Assembly (NCBI GenBank): GCA_049520575.1
Contig: JBEKPQ010000015.1
Coordinates: 17,527 to 81,526 of the forward strand
Length of the DNA: 64,000 bases
Source: Thermodesulfobacteriota bacterium
GTDB taxonomy: Bacteria > Desulfobacterota > RBG-13-43-22
Reading direction: 5' to 3'
Part shown: in pieces, positions 29,089-38,291 of the stretch
Layout: every line of letters begins with the position of its first letter
Position numbering within the stretch: position 1 is the first letter of the stretch
Made by a program: the position numbers and the translations under genes
Notes under the pieces: model-generated
Databases searched by the model: none
The model's input: only the letters and a program-made list of their open reading frames with translations
Told to the model about the DNA's origin: nothing

Positions 29089-29542
29089 TCTGGCTTTTTC
29101 AGCTTTTTTTTGACCTTTTTTTTGTAAAGGGCCCGTTTCAGGGCGCTGATGCGGTCGATAAAAAGGATGCCGTCCAGGTGATCAATCTCATGCTGCAGGA
29201 CCGTGGCCAGGACTCCTTCCCCGCAAATCTCCATTGGTTTCCCCTTGGCATTCAGCCCCCGGACTTTTACCTTGGCCTTTCTTTTGACCTCCGAAAAATA
29301 TTCCGGCACACTCAGACAGCCTTCTTCTAAGGTCTGCTCTCCCTCAGCGTCAATAATTTCCGGATTAATCAGGAAGGAGGGTTTTCGGACCTCTTCCCTG
29401 GGCGTTGTATCAAAGACGATGAGCCGTATCGGTCTTCCTACCTGAGTGGCGGCCAGTCCGATCCCCGGGCTATGTCCTTGACCGGTTCCGCCTTCTTTTG
29501 CAGGACAGGATCAGGGTATTTGTATATTTCAAGTAAGGCCAT
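29085..29542 (-). pseudogene. def: peptide deformylase with an internal frameshift/deletion
   Basis: Frame A from ATG 29542 gives MALLEIYKYPDPVLQKKAEPVKDI, then RGSDWPPLR and a stop. The -1 frame continues with motif 1 GIGLAATQV, motif 2 EGCLS and motif 3 QHEIDHLDG. About 19 residues between KDI and GIGLAA are missing. Confidence 0.55.
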
Positions 29543-29549
29543 AAAATCT

Positions 29550-29605
29550 GGATTCAAGGATTCAGGGATTCAAGTGAAAGGCTTGGAAATCAATCTCATG
29601 AATCC
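29550..29605. repeat. GGATTCAAGGATTCAGGGATTCAAGTGAAAGG ... ATGAATCC element (same family as 7644-7700)
   Basis: Sequence identity to the 7644-7700 element. Lies immediately upstream of the def start. Confidence 0.65.
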
Positions 29606-29820
29606 TAGTTTTTTTTAATAAAACTCTTTATTATTTCTTTCCTTAAAATTTGAATTATTAACAATATGCAGAAAAACCCTCTATTACAGGTTGCTCAAAA
29701 AGGTTCAGATACAAGGCGCCCGAAATTCCGAAGAATGAGGCGTAATAGAAGTACGCCGCAATGACGAGGGATGAGGGCAACGCTGTAGATGGGCCTTTTT
29801 CAGTAACCTGTTAATTTTCT

Positions 29821-32313
29821 TTATAACATATCCACCGGGTCCACATCCAGAATAATTTGAACCCCCGTGCCCTGAATCAGCGACTTTTCAGCGCCTTGGA
29901 TCAGGCCGGCCGCCTGATGTAATATCCGGTTGTTTTCCCCTTTTAACAACATCTGCCAGCGATATCTGCCTTTAATTTTACTGATCGGTGCCGGAACCGG
30001 CCCTAATAATTCCAAAGATGCAGCCCACTTGTTTTTTTGTATTTCTTTTCTGAGATACCCGCCGGCTTTTTCGGCCACTTGGGCCACCGCTGTTTCTTGG
30101 TTTCCCTGAAATAAACAATTAATTAATCGGGAGAAGGGCGGGTATTTCAAGGCCCGTCGAAATCGTATTTCCTGGTTATAAAAACCCAGATAGTCATGGT
30201 GCCCAACGTAGTTAAAAATATAATGGTCGGGATTAAAGGTTTGAATATAGACCTGGCCTGGATGAACCCCCCGGCCGGCACGGCCGGCCACCTGGGCCAA
30301 AAGCTGAAAGGTGCGTTCTCCGGCCCGAAAATCAGGCCAGTTCAGAGAAAGGTCGGCAGAGAGGACCCCGATCAGGGTCACCTGGGGGAAATCATGACCT
30401 TTGGTGATCATCTGGGTCCCGATCAGGATATCGGTTTTTTGGTCCCTGAGCTTTTTCAGGATTTCGAAATGGGCCCCTTTTCGATTCACCGTATCCCGAT
30501 CCATGCGGTCGATAGAGGCCTTGGGGAACAAAGCGGCCAATTCCCGTTGAACCTTTTCCGTTCCCATGCCCAGGGCCTTGATCCCTTCCTGATGACAATT
30601 AGGACAGCGTAGCGGCAAAGGCATACGATAGCCGCAGGTGTGGCAGAGGAGTTGGCCTTCCCTGGCGTGATAGGCCAGGGTCAAAGAGCAGTTCCGGCAT
30701 TTGATGACCGCACCACAAAGCGTGCAAAGGATCAAGGTATCAAAGCCCCGGCGATTCAGAAAAAGCAGGGTTTGCTTCCCTTGATCCAGGTTCCGGCCAA
30801 TGGCTTCTTCGAGAGGAGGAGAAAACAAAGAAATCCGTCGGCCCCGGCGAAACTCTTTCATGTCGACAAATTTGATATCCGGTAGGGTTTGTTCCTGAAC
30901 CCGTTTATGTATTCCCAGGTAACCGATTTTTTTTTGCCGCCGCAGATAGAGGGTAGAGATAGAAGGGGTGGCCGATCCCAGAACCACCACAGACGAGGTC
31001 TGCTGACCCCGAACCAAAGCTAGATCCCGGGCATGATAGCGAAGGGAGTCCGTCTGTTTGTAGGAAGAATCGTGCTCCTCATCAACCACGATCAAACCCA
31101 GGGAATTGAAAGGGGCAAAAATCGCCGACCGGGTTCCAATGACCACCGGGGACAAGCCCTCCTGGATCCGCCGCCATTGGTCCAGCCGTTCTCCTGAGTT
31201 CAGGCCGCTGTGAAGCAGAGCGATTTTATCTCCGAAACGCAGGCGAAACCGGCCTTCCATCAGAGGGACCAGACCGATTTCAGGGATCAGGATCAGGACC
31301 TGACGACCCTGTTGTATGGTTTCATCTGCCGCCCTCAAATAGACCTCGGTCTTTCCCGATCCGGTGATCCCATGAAGAAGCAGGCTGTTGTAAGAGCCCG
31401 ACCTCAGCCCTTCCTGTATTCGTGTCAAGGCCTGTTCTTGTTCGGAGGTCAGAACCAAAGGACCTGTTTCCTGGGCCAGGATTTCTCCGAAAGGATTCCT
31501 CATGCAGATCTGTTCCCTGATTTCAATCAAGCCTTTTCGACCAAGAGTGGATAAGCGCTGGGCCGACAGAGGAAAATGTTTCCGTAGATCCTTCAAAGGC
31601 AAACCGGGGAGAGGAGAAAGAAAATCAAAGAGGGGATGATCTTTTATTGAAAATTTGTTTTTTTGGAAATTCGGTCCCGGAAAAACCCATCTTTCTTTTT
31701 TGGGGCGGGCGGTTTCTTTTTTCAGCCGGGTAGTTCGCTGAATCCAACCGTGGTCTTCAAAAGACTTTAGAATTTTTTTCTCTTCCGGCGAGAACCGAGA
31801 GAAAGAACGGCTTTTTGAGGAGGATATGGATTGAAGGATTTCTTTTTCATTTTCTTGCAGACCTCCGGCCTGCAAGGCCTTTATTCCCAGGGGAGTTATT
31901 TCAACCATTTGATAATCGGATACCGACAGACCGGGGGGTAAGGCCGCCTTCAGGACCTGTCCCAGGGGATGAAGATAGTAATGGGCAATCCAGGTAAAAA
32001 AAGGGCGCATGGTCTCTGAAAAAAGGGGCTTCGGATCAAGGATGCTGGAGACGGGTTTAATCGTCGGCCCGACTTCCGGTTTAGTGCATTCCTCCCAAAG
32101 ATAGCCGGTAACCCGCTTTTTTTTCAAGGGCACCAGGACCCGCTGGCCAATCCGGGGTTCTATGGAAAAGTCCGACGGAACCTCGTAAATGAGGGGCTGA
32201 TGGAGCGGCGGGACAATGACTTGAAAGAAAGGCATGATTAAATCTGCTTCTGGTGGAATTTCCAGCGGTTTAATTAATTGATGGAATGACGGTGCTTTTC
32301 TTTCTCGGTCCAT
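29821..32313 (-). CDS. priA: primosomal protein N' (replication-restart helicase PriA)
   Basis: Walker A (GITGSGKT), DEEH box and zinc-binding CxxC pairs (CTLCG...CRNC...CHTC...CPNC). Confidence 0.9.
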   Translation of the reverse strand: MDRERKAPSFHQLIKPLEIPPEADLIMPFFQVIVPPLHQPLIYEVPSDFSIEPRIGQRVLVPLKKKRVTGYLWEECTKPEVGPTIKPVSSILDPKPLFSETMRPFFTWIAHYYLHPLGQVLKAALPPGLSVSDYQMVEITPLGIKALQAGGLQENEKEILQSISSSKSRSFSRFSPEEKKILKSFEDHGWIQRTTRLKKETARPKKERWVFPGPNFQKNKFSIKDHPLFDFLSPLPGLPLKDLRKHFPLSAQRLSTLGRKGLIEIREQICMRNPFGEILAQETGPLVLTSEQEQALTRIQEGLRSGSYNSLLLHGITGSGKTEVYLRAADETIQQGRQVLILIPEIGLVPLMEGRFRLRFGDKIALLHSGLNSGERLDQWRRIQEGLSPVVIGTRSAIFAPFNSLGLIVVDEEHDSSYKQTDSLRYHARDLALVRGQQTSSVVVLGSATPSISTLYLRRQKKIGYLGIHKRVQEQTLPDIKFVDMKEFRRGRRISLFSPPLEEAIGRNLDQGKQTLLFLNRRGFDTLILCTLCGAVIKCRNCSLTLAYHAREGQLLCHTCGYRMPLPLRCPNCHQEGIKALGMGTEKVQRELAALFPKASIDRMDRDTVNRKGAHFEILKKLRDQKTDILIGTQMITKGHDFPQVTLIGVLSADLSLNWPDFRAGERTFQLLAQVAGRAGRGVHPGQVYIQTFNPDHYIFNYVGHHDYLGFYNQEIRFRRALKYPPFSRLINCLFQGNQETAVAQVAEKAGGYLRKEIQKNKWAASLELLGPVPAPISKIKGRYRWQMLLKGENNRILHQAAGLIQGAEKSLIQGTGVQIILDVDPVDML

Positions 32314-32591
32314 AGACCGGCTTAAAGAAGGCTGATTTTAATAATTAATATAAATCATAACAAACAGGTTAAGTCAATCCCAAAGGGATCTTCCTTTTTT
32401 CATTGGGGTCTTAGCTCCTCCAAGGCCTTTTCCTTCACGCCTTCAAAGGCTTGGTTTTCTGCCAAACTTTTTGATAAATTTGATAAAATTGAATACCTTT
32501 GATCTTGACATTTTTCTTTTTCTCAAAGATAAAGAAGCGATCTTATAATTTTTCCGGATCTTTCGGGAAACTATTTAGGCGAACCGTCACT

Positions 32592-33824
32592 ATGGTCCTC
32601 AACGTCATTTGGATAGCCTTTTTCGTCATCGCCTTTTTTCTTGGCCTGGTTAGGCTGCTCTTTTTCGGGGACACGGCCATCTTCCCGGCCATGATGAACA
32701 GCACTTTTGAGATGGCTAAAACCGGCTTTGAGATTTCCCTGGGCCTTACCGGTGTAATGACCCTGTGGATGGGACTGATGCGGGTGGGAGAGAAAGGCGG
32801 GATTGTCAACCTGATGTCCAGGGCGGTCGGTCCGCTTTTTCGGCGTTTGTTTCCGGAAATTCCCAAAGACCACCCGGCGGCCGGTTCGATCATGCTGAAC
32901 ATTGCGGCCAACATGCTCGGGCTCGACAATGCGGCCACCCCGCTCGGTCTGAAAGCCATGACGCAGCTTCAGGAGATCAACCGGGAAAAGGACACCGCCT
33001 CCAATGCCATGATCATGTTCCTGGTGCTGAACGCCTCGGGGCTGACCGTCATCCCGGTCAGCATCATGGTTTACCGCGCCCAGCTCGGCGCCGCCGATCC
33101 TTCGGATGTTTTTATCCCTATCCTTCTGGCCACCTTTTGCTCCGCGCTGGCCGGGCTGGTCTCGGTCGCCTTGATCCAGAGGATCAGCCTGCTGAACAAA
33201 GTGGTGCTTGCCTATCTGGGCACCTTTACCTTGCTGGTTTCAGGCATCATCTGGTATTTTTCCACTATCCCGCAGGACCGGATCAACACCCTATCTACGG
33301 TTTCAGCCAACATCATCCTGTTCGGCATCATCATGGCTTTTATCCTTTTGGCTTTCTTTAGGAAGGTGAATGTCTACGAAGCGTTCATTGAAGGTGCGAA
33401 AGACGGTTTCTTCATCTCCATTAAGATCATCCCTTTTCTGGTGGCCATCCTGGTGGCAGTCGGAGTCTTCAGGGTCTCCGGCGCCTTGGATTATATAGTG
33501 GGCGGGATTGGTAACCTGGTTGCCGCTATGGGGGTGGACAGGGAATTCGTGAATGCCCTGCCAACGGCTTTTATGAAACCCTTGAGCGGGTCCGGCTCCC
33601 GGGGCATGATGGTGGATGCTATGAAACAATTCGGGGCCGATTCCTTTGTCGGACGGTTGTCGTGTATCTTCCAGGGTGCGTCCGATACCACCTTCTACAT
33701 TATCGCGGTCTACTTTGGTTCGGTCGGTATCCGCAAGACACGTTATGCGCTGACTTGCGGGTTGATCGCCGACTTTGCCGGAGTCCTGGCCGCCATTTTC
33801 ATCGCTTATCTGTTCTTTCGCTGA
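32592..33824 (+). CDS. fused SpmA/SpmB-like nucleoside-recognition (Gate) domain membrane protein
   Basis: Two Gate/nucleoside-recognition halves with multiple TM helices. ATG 32592 (MVLNVIWIAFF) is the likely start. Confidence 0.65.
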   Translation: MVLNVIWIAFFVIAFFLGLVRLLFFGDTAIFPAMMNSTFEMAKTGFEISLGLTGVMTLWMGLMRVGEKGGIVNLMSRAVGPLFRRLFPEIPKDHPAAGSIMLNIAANMLGLDNAATPLGLKAMTQLQEINREKDTASNAMIMFLVLNASGLTVIPVSIMVYRAQLGAADPSDVFIPILLATFCSALAGLVSVALIQRISLLNKVVLAYLGTFTLLVSGIIWYFSTIPQDRINTLSTVSANIILFGIIMAFILLAFFRKVNVYEAFIEGAKDGFFISIKIIPFLVAILVAVGVFRVSGALDYIVGGIGNLVAAMGVDREFVNALPTAFMKPLSGSGSRGMMVDAMKQFGADSFVGRLSCIFQGASDTTFYIIAVYFGSVGIRKTRYALTCGLIADFAGVLAAIFIAYLFFR

Positions 33825-33896
33825 CCGTCTGCTCAACCAATCCCTATTCGTGGTGCCCGCACAGACGGGTATAAGTGTTTAGTTCGAAAATAAGAA

Positions 33897-33998
33897 TGTT
33901 GAATTTCGAACACCGAATTTCGAATCATGAATGGATTGGTCTCGTTTTAACTTCGACATTCAATATTTGTGTAATTTGATATTCGACATTTTCATACC
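33897..33998 (+). promoter_or_regulatory. copy 2 of the conserved upstream element (TGAATTTCGAACACCGAATTTCGAATCATGAA...GATATTCGACATTTT)
   Basis: Aligns with the elements at 1736-1833 (reverse complement) and 38193-38288. Precedes the CbbQ-like gene. Confidence 0.6.
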
Positions 33999-34092
33999 TC
34001 ATGGTGCCCTGCTAGGAGCAGGAGGGTTTAATAAGAAAAACGACCTTCCATTCCGGTTGTAAGAAAGGAGAAACTATGATAGCCTTCCTTTT

Positions 34093-34938
34093 ATGGAAAC
34101 CGTCAAGATTGAAGGGGTAACCCTATATCTAAGTCATCCCGACACCCTGCCTTTAGATTGGGTTGGTCAGCCCGATCTAATCGACCAGGTCTTGGCCGCT
34201 TGGCTGGTGGTGGAGGAAAAGGACCTGCCTTTGCATCCCCGGCTGATCGGCAAACCTGGGGTAGGAAAAACCACCCTGGCTTATGCCGCAGCCCGAAGAT
34301 TGGGACGGGAAATCTATTTCTATCAGGCCACCATGGATACCCGGCCGGAAGACCTGATCATTACTCCGGTGATCGCTGAGCAGGGGAAGATCCATTATAT
34401 GGCCAGTTCCTTGGTCACGGCCATGATTCGCGGCGGGGTCCTGATCCTCGATGAAGGCAACCGGATGAGTGAAAAGAGCTGGGCCTCTTTAGCCCCCTTA
34501 TTGGACAACCGTCGCTATGTGGAGTCCGTGGTTACCGGCATCAAGATCCCGGCCCATCCGGAGTTTCGATTCTGTACCACCATGAACGACGATGCCAGTA
34601 CCTTTGAGTTGCCGGAATATATCCATTCCCGGCTGCAGCCCCAGATTTTTATCGATTTTCCCGAACCGGAAGAAGAACGACTGGTCATGAAAAGGAATCT
34701 GCCCTTTGCCCCGGAGGATATCCTTGATTATGTGGTTCATTTTCTTCAAAGAGCGCATCAGGCCCAAGAACGCTTTACGGTTCGGGACGGTATCAATATC
34801 GCTCGCTATGCCCTGAAGTGTTTGGAAGGCCGTCAGATCCTCAGGAAGGTCGCCTTAGAAGAACGCAAACTCCTCACCCTGCGACTTTCCATTGAAATGA
34901 TTTTAGGAGAAAAGGCCCTGGACTTTTGGCCCTATTAA
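34093..34938 (+). CDS. CbbQ/NorQ/NirQ/GvpN-family AAA+ ATPase (MoxR-like)
   Basis: AAA_5 Walker A (GKPGVGKTT) and Walker B (VLILDEGNR), 281 aa. Confidence 0.75.
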   Translation: METVKIEGVTLYLSHPDTLPLDWVGQPDLIDQVLAAWLVVEEKDLPLHPRLIGKPGVGKTTLAYAAARRLGREIYFYQATMDTRPEDLIITPVIAEQGKIHYMASSLVTAMIRGGVLILDEGNRMSEKSWASLAPLLDNRRYVESVVTGIKIPAHPEFRFCTTMNDDASTFELPEYIHSRLQPQIFIDFPEPEEERLVMKRNLPFAPEDILDYVVHFLQRAHQAQERFTVRDGINIARYALKCLEGRQILRKVALEERKLLTLRLSIEMILGEKALDFWPY

Positions 34939-35034
34939 CTGTAGACAAACTCGTAAAAAGTGAAGGGCGATGGGTTTTCTTTTCATGTTTGGCATCACAT
35001 GATTTTTTTGTAAAAAGGGCTAATTTTTAAAGAT

Positions 35035-36123
35035 ATGCCGATGAGGGACATCTACCAAGAAATAGACCGGGAACTCGGTCAAAATAAGGAAGTGATCCTG
35101 GCCACTATTGTTGCCCGGAAAGGGTCAACTCCCCGCGCTCTGGGGACCCAGTTTTTGATTCGGCCCGACGGGTCTTTTTGGGGAACGATCGGAGGCGGAA
35201 AGGTGGAGGCCGATGTTCTGGCCGAAGCCCCAAGGGTTTTCGCGGAGAAGAAAAACAGGATCTTCCTTTTTCGATTAACCGGCGAGGAAGCGGCCGAGAC
35301 CGGAATGATTTGCGGGGGCGAGCTTGAAATCTATCTGGAATTTTTTTCCGGACGGAATCCTTTTCACCGGGATTTTTTTAAAAAGATATCCGAGTTTCGG
35401 AAATTCGGCCAACCCGGCCTGATAGTAACCCTTATGGAGGAAGGAAAATCAACAGGCCGTTCTGATGACAAATACCTTTATGTGCCGGGGGAAGAACAAG
35501 GACTTGAAAACGTGCCTTGGATAACCCCTGTTCTGGAACACATTCCCCGGATCCTTTCGGGCCAACAACCGGCTTTGTTGATGGCTGAGGTTCAAGGGGA
35601 AAAAAAGAAATTTTTTCTGGAACCTATAATAGCCCCGTCCCATTTATACATTTTTGGGGCCGGTCACGTTTCTCTATATCTGTGTGCCTTGGCCAAAACG
35701 GTTGGATTTCAGGTGACGGTTTTGGATGACCGGGCTGAATTTGCCGATCGGCGGCGATTTCCTGATGCGGACGACCTTGTAGTCCGGCCGTTTGATCAGA
35801 TGCTGAAGGATTTTCCGATTGAGCCCAATGCTTTCGTGGTCATCGTAACCCGTGGTCATCTGCACGACCATATGGTTCTTCGAGAGGTCTTGAAAAACCC
35901 TCCACGTTATATCGGGATGATCGGCAGCCGGCATAAGAAAGAAATTATCTTCACGGCCCTGCGGCAGGAAGGGTTTTCTGAGGACCTCATTCAATCCATC
36001 CATACTCCTATCGGACTGGACATCAGGGCCGAAACGCCGGAGGAAATCGCCGTTTCCATCGTAGCCGAGCTCATCCAGGTCAGGGGTTCTGGAAAAACCA
36101 AAAAGAAAAAAATACCGACCTGA
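35035..36123 (+). CDS. XdhC/CoxI-family molybdenum-cofactor insertion chaperone-like protein
   Basis: N-terminal XdhC_CoxI motif (ATIVARKGSTPRALGTQFLIRPDGSFWGTIGGGKVEADV) and C-terminal Rossmann-like XdhC_C (YIFGAGHVS). Confidence 0.8.
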   Translation: MPMRDIYQEIDRELGQNKEVILATIVARKGSTPRALGTQFLIRPDGSFWGTIGGGKVEADVLAEAPRVFAEKKNRIFLFRLTGEEAAETGMICGGELEIYLEFFSGRNPFHRDFFKKISEFRKFGQPGLIVTLMEEGKSTGRSDDKYLYVPGEEQGLENVPWITPVLEHIPRILSGQQPALLMAEVQGEKKKFFLEPIIAPSHLYIFGAGHVSLYLCALAKTVGFQVTVLDDRAEFADRRRFPDADDLVVRPFDQMLKDFPIEPNAFVVIVTRGHLHDHMVLREVLKNPPRYIGMIGSRHKKEIIFTALRQEGFSEDLIQSIHTPIGLDIRAETPEEIAVSIVAELIQVRGSGKTKKKKIPT

Positions 36124-36178
36124 TCCCTCGATGCTAGGATCATCTTTTAAAAGCTAACTCAATTCAAAGGAGTACATT

Positions 36179-38116
36179 ATGAGTTCATTAAGCCATATTC
36201 TGTCACCCATTACCATCAAATCCATGACCCTGGCCAACCGGGTGGTTATGCCCCCTATGGGAACGAATTTGGGCAATGACGATGGAACAGTCAGCGCCGA
36301 AAACCTGGCCTACTTGAAACGCCGGGCCAAAGGCCAGCAGGGATTGATCATCACGGAAATAACCGCGGCTCACCCCGGAGGGATCGTCACCCCGAATCAA
36401 CTGGGGGCTTACGATGACCGGTTCATACCAGGATTGAAGAAAATGGTATCCGTGGCCCACGAAGCGGGAACCAAGATCGCCATGCAGATCCATCATGTCG
36501 GCCGGGAGAGTATATTCCTTTTGAATCAGGGAAAGGCTGTGGGGCCGTCGGCGGTCCCGAGCATCGTCTATCGAAGGACCCCTCGGGAGATAACCCTGGA
36601 AGAAATTCAGGAAGTGATCACCGGTTTTGGAGCGGCGGCAGACCGGGCCCGGCAGGCTGGCTTCGATGCGGTGGAAATCCACGCTGCCCACGGTTACCTG
36701 CTGATGCAATTCCTCTCAGCCATATCGAATCGACGGACGGATGATTACGGAGGAGCGACCTTAAAAGACCGGTCGCGCTTTGTGATTGAGGTCATCGAGG
36801 AAGTTCGACGCCGGGTAGGCCCTGCCTATCCCATATCGGTGCGGGTTTCCGCTGAAGAACACATCCGTGGGGGATACACGGCCGAGGACATGCAGACCAT
36901 CCTGCCGGATATGGTCCGGGCCGGAGCTGACCTGATTCACGCTTCCATCGGCACCCACGGGAGCCCAGGGGCCATAACCCAGGCAACGGCCGAGCACGAG
37001 CCGGGATTCAATGCCCAACTGGCCAGAAAAATGAAAGATGTCGTTGACGTTCCTGTTATCGCTGTAGGACGGTTCAACGATCCGGCCCAGGCTGACGAAG
37101 TAATCGCCCGGGGAGATGCGGACCTGGCGGCCTTCGGCCGGCAATTTCTGGCTGATCCCGATTTCCTGATCAAGGCTAAGTCGGGGAGATCGGCCGACAT
37201 CCGCAAATGCATTGCCTGTAATCAGGGGTGCATCGAGCGAGAAATGCTCGGGGAAGGAAATATCCGCTGTTCGATCAATCCCGAGACCGGTCAGGAGACG
37301 ATTTATCCGCAAGGCCCAGCGGCAAAACCTAAAGACGTTTGGGTAGTGGGATCAGGCCCCGGAGGTCTGACCGCAGCCTTCGAAGCAGCGCGGCTGGGAC
37401 ACCGTGTGACCCTTTTCGAGCAGGAAAAGGAATTGGGAGGCCAGATCCGCTATGCACGGATACCGCCTTACAAAGCAATCTATGGAGAGTGGATTGATTG
37501 GCAGATCGGCCAGGTCAAGAAGGCTGGGATAACGATAAAAAATAACACCGAGGTCAGCGAGTCAATGTTAAAGGCTCAAAGACCCGAACATGTCATACTG
37601 GCGACAGGTGGTGAAAAGATTGTACCCAAAATTACAGGTATCGACAAAAGCCACGTCTGCGACGCTTGGCAGATTTTGAGTAAGAAAGTTGCCCCTAAGA
37701 ATCATGTTCTAGTGGTTGGCGGTGGATTAATCGGTATGGAGACGGCCGATTTCTTAAGTGAGCAAGGGAGTCAGGTAACGCTGGTTGAGATCCTGGAGCG
37801 GTCACCGGTACGAAAGATCACCTCTCACGGGTTCATGGTGCACCAGCGTCTTCAGGACAGGAAATGCCGTTTGCTCTTTAGCACGGCCTTAACGGTCATC
37901 GGCGACGGAAAGGTGGAGATCGAAACCAAAGGGGAAACATCGACACTGTCTCCTGTCGATCAAGTGGTCTTAGCCGTGGGCTTGAAGCCCAGAGATGAAT
38001 TAAAAGAGGTATTGGAGGCTTTGAAGATTCCCTATGTGGTAATTGGTGATGCCCGCCAACCCCGGCGGATATTTGAGGCCGTGGAAGAAGGGGCTCGGGC
38101 CGCCTGGGAATTGTAG
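36179..38116 (+). CDS. Old-Yellow-Enzyme/2,4-dienoyl-CoA-reductase (FadH)-like FMN + Fe-S + FAD/NAD(P) oxidoreductase
   Basis: OYE TIM-barrel, a 4Fe-4S Cys cluster (CIACNQGC...C) and a C-terminal dinucleotide-binding domain (VVGSGPGGLTAAFEAA). Confidence 0.85.
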   Translation: MSSLSHILSPITIKSMTLANRVVMPPMGTNLGNDDGTVSAENLAYLKRRAKGQQGLIITEITAAHPGGIVTPNQLGAYDDRFIPGLKKMVSVAHEAGTKIAMQIHHVGRESIFLLNQGKAVGPSAVPSIVYRRTPREITLEEIQEVITGFGAAADRARQAGFDAVEIHAAHGYLLMQFLSAISNRRTDDYGGATLKDRSRFVIEVIEEVRRRVGPAYPISVRVSAEEHIRGGYTAEDMQTILPDMVRAGADLIHASIGTHGSPGAITQATAEHEPGFNAQLARKMKDVVDVPVIAVGRFNDPAQADEVIARGDADLAAFGRQFLADPDFLIKAKSGRSADIRKCIACNQGCIEREMLGEGNIRCSINPETGQETIYPQGPAAKPKDVWVVGSGPGGLTAAFEAARLGHRVTLFEQEKELGGQIRYARIPPYKAIYGEWIDWQIGQVKKAGITIKNNTEVSESMLKAQRPEHVILATGGEKIVPKITGIDKSHVCDAWQILSKKVAPKNHVLVVGGGLIGMETADFLSEQGSQVTLVEILERSPVRKITSHGFMVHQRLQDRKCRLLFSTALTVIGDGKVEIETKGETSTLSPVDQVVLAVGLKPRDELKEVLEALKIPYVVIGDARQPRRIFEAVEEGARAAWEL

Positions 38117-38192
38117 GACGATAAAATGCAGAATTCGTTCGTCATAAAGCGTGCGGCGTTCGGGGAAATCAAGAACAAAGAAAATATGACTA

Positions 38193-38288
38193 TTGAAATT
38201 CGAACACTGAATTTCGAATTATGAAGGGAGTTCGATTTGATTTCCTTCGATATTCAGTATTCGTTATTCGATATTCGACATTTTTGGC
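38193..38288 (+). promoter_or_regulatory. copy 3 of the conserved upstream element
   Basis: ATTGAAATTCGAACACTGAATTTCGAATTATGAAGGGA...TTCGATATTCGACATTTTT. Ends 3 nt before ATG 38292. Confidence 0.6.
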
Positions 38289-38291
38289 TTC

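Noticed and set aside
32543-33836. ORFs of 138, 198 and 177 aa overlapping the SpmA/B-like membrane gene on both strands
   Set aside because: Low-complexity Arg/Gly/His-rich translations typical of spurious frames. The sense membrane-protein ORF explains the region.
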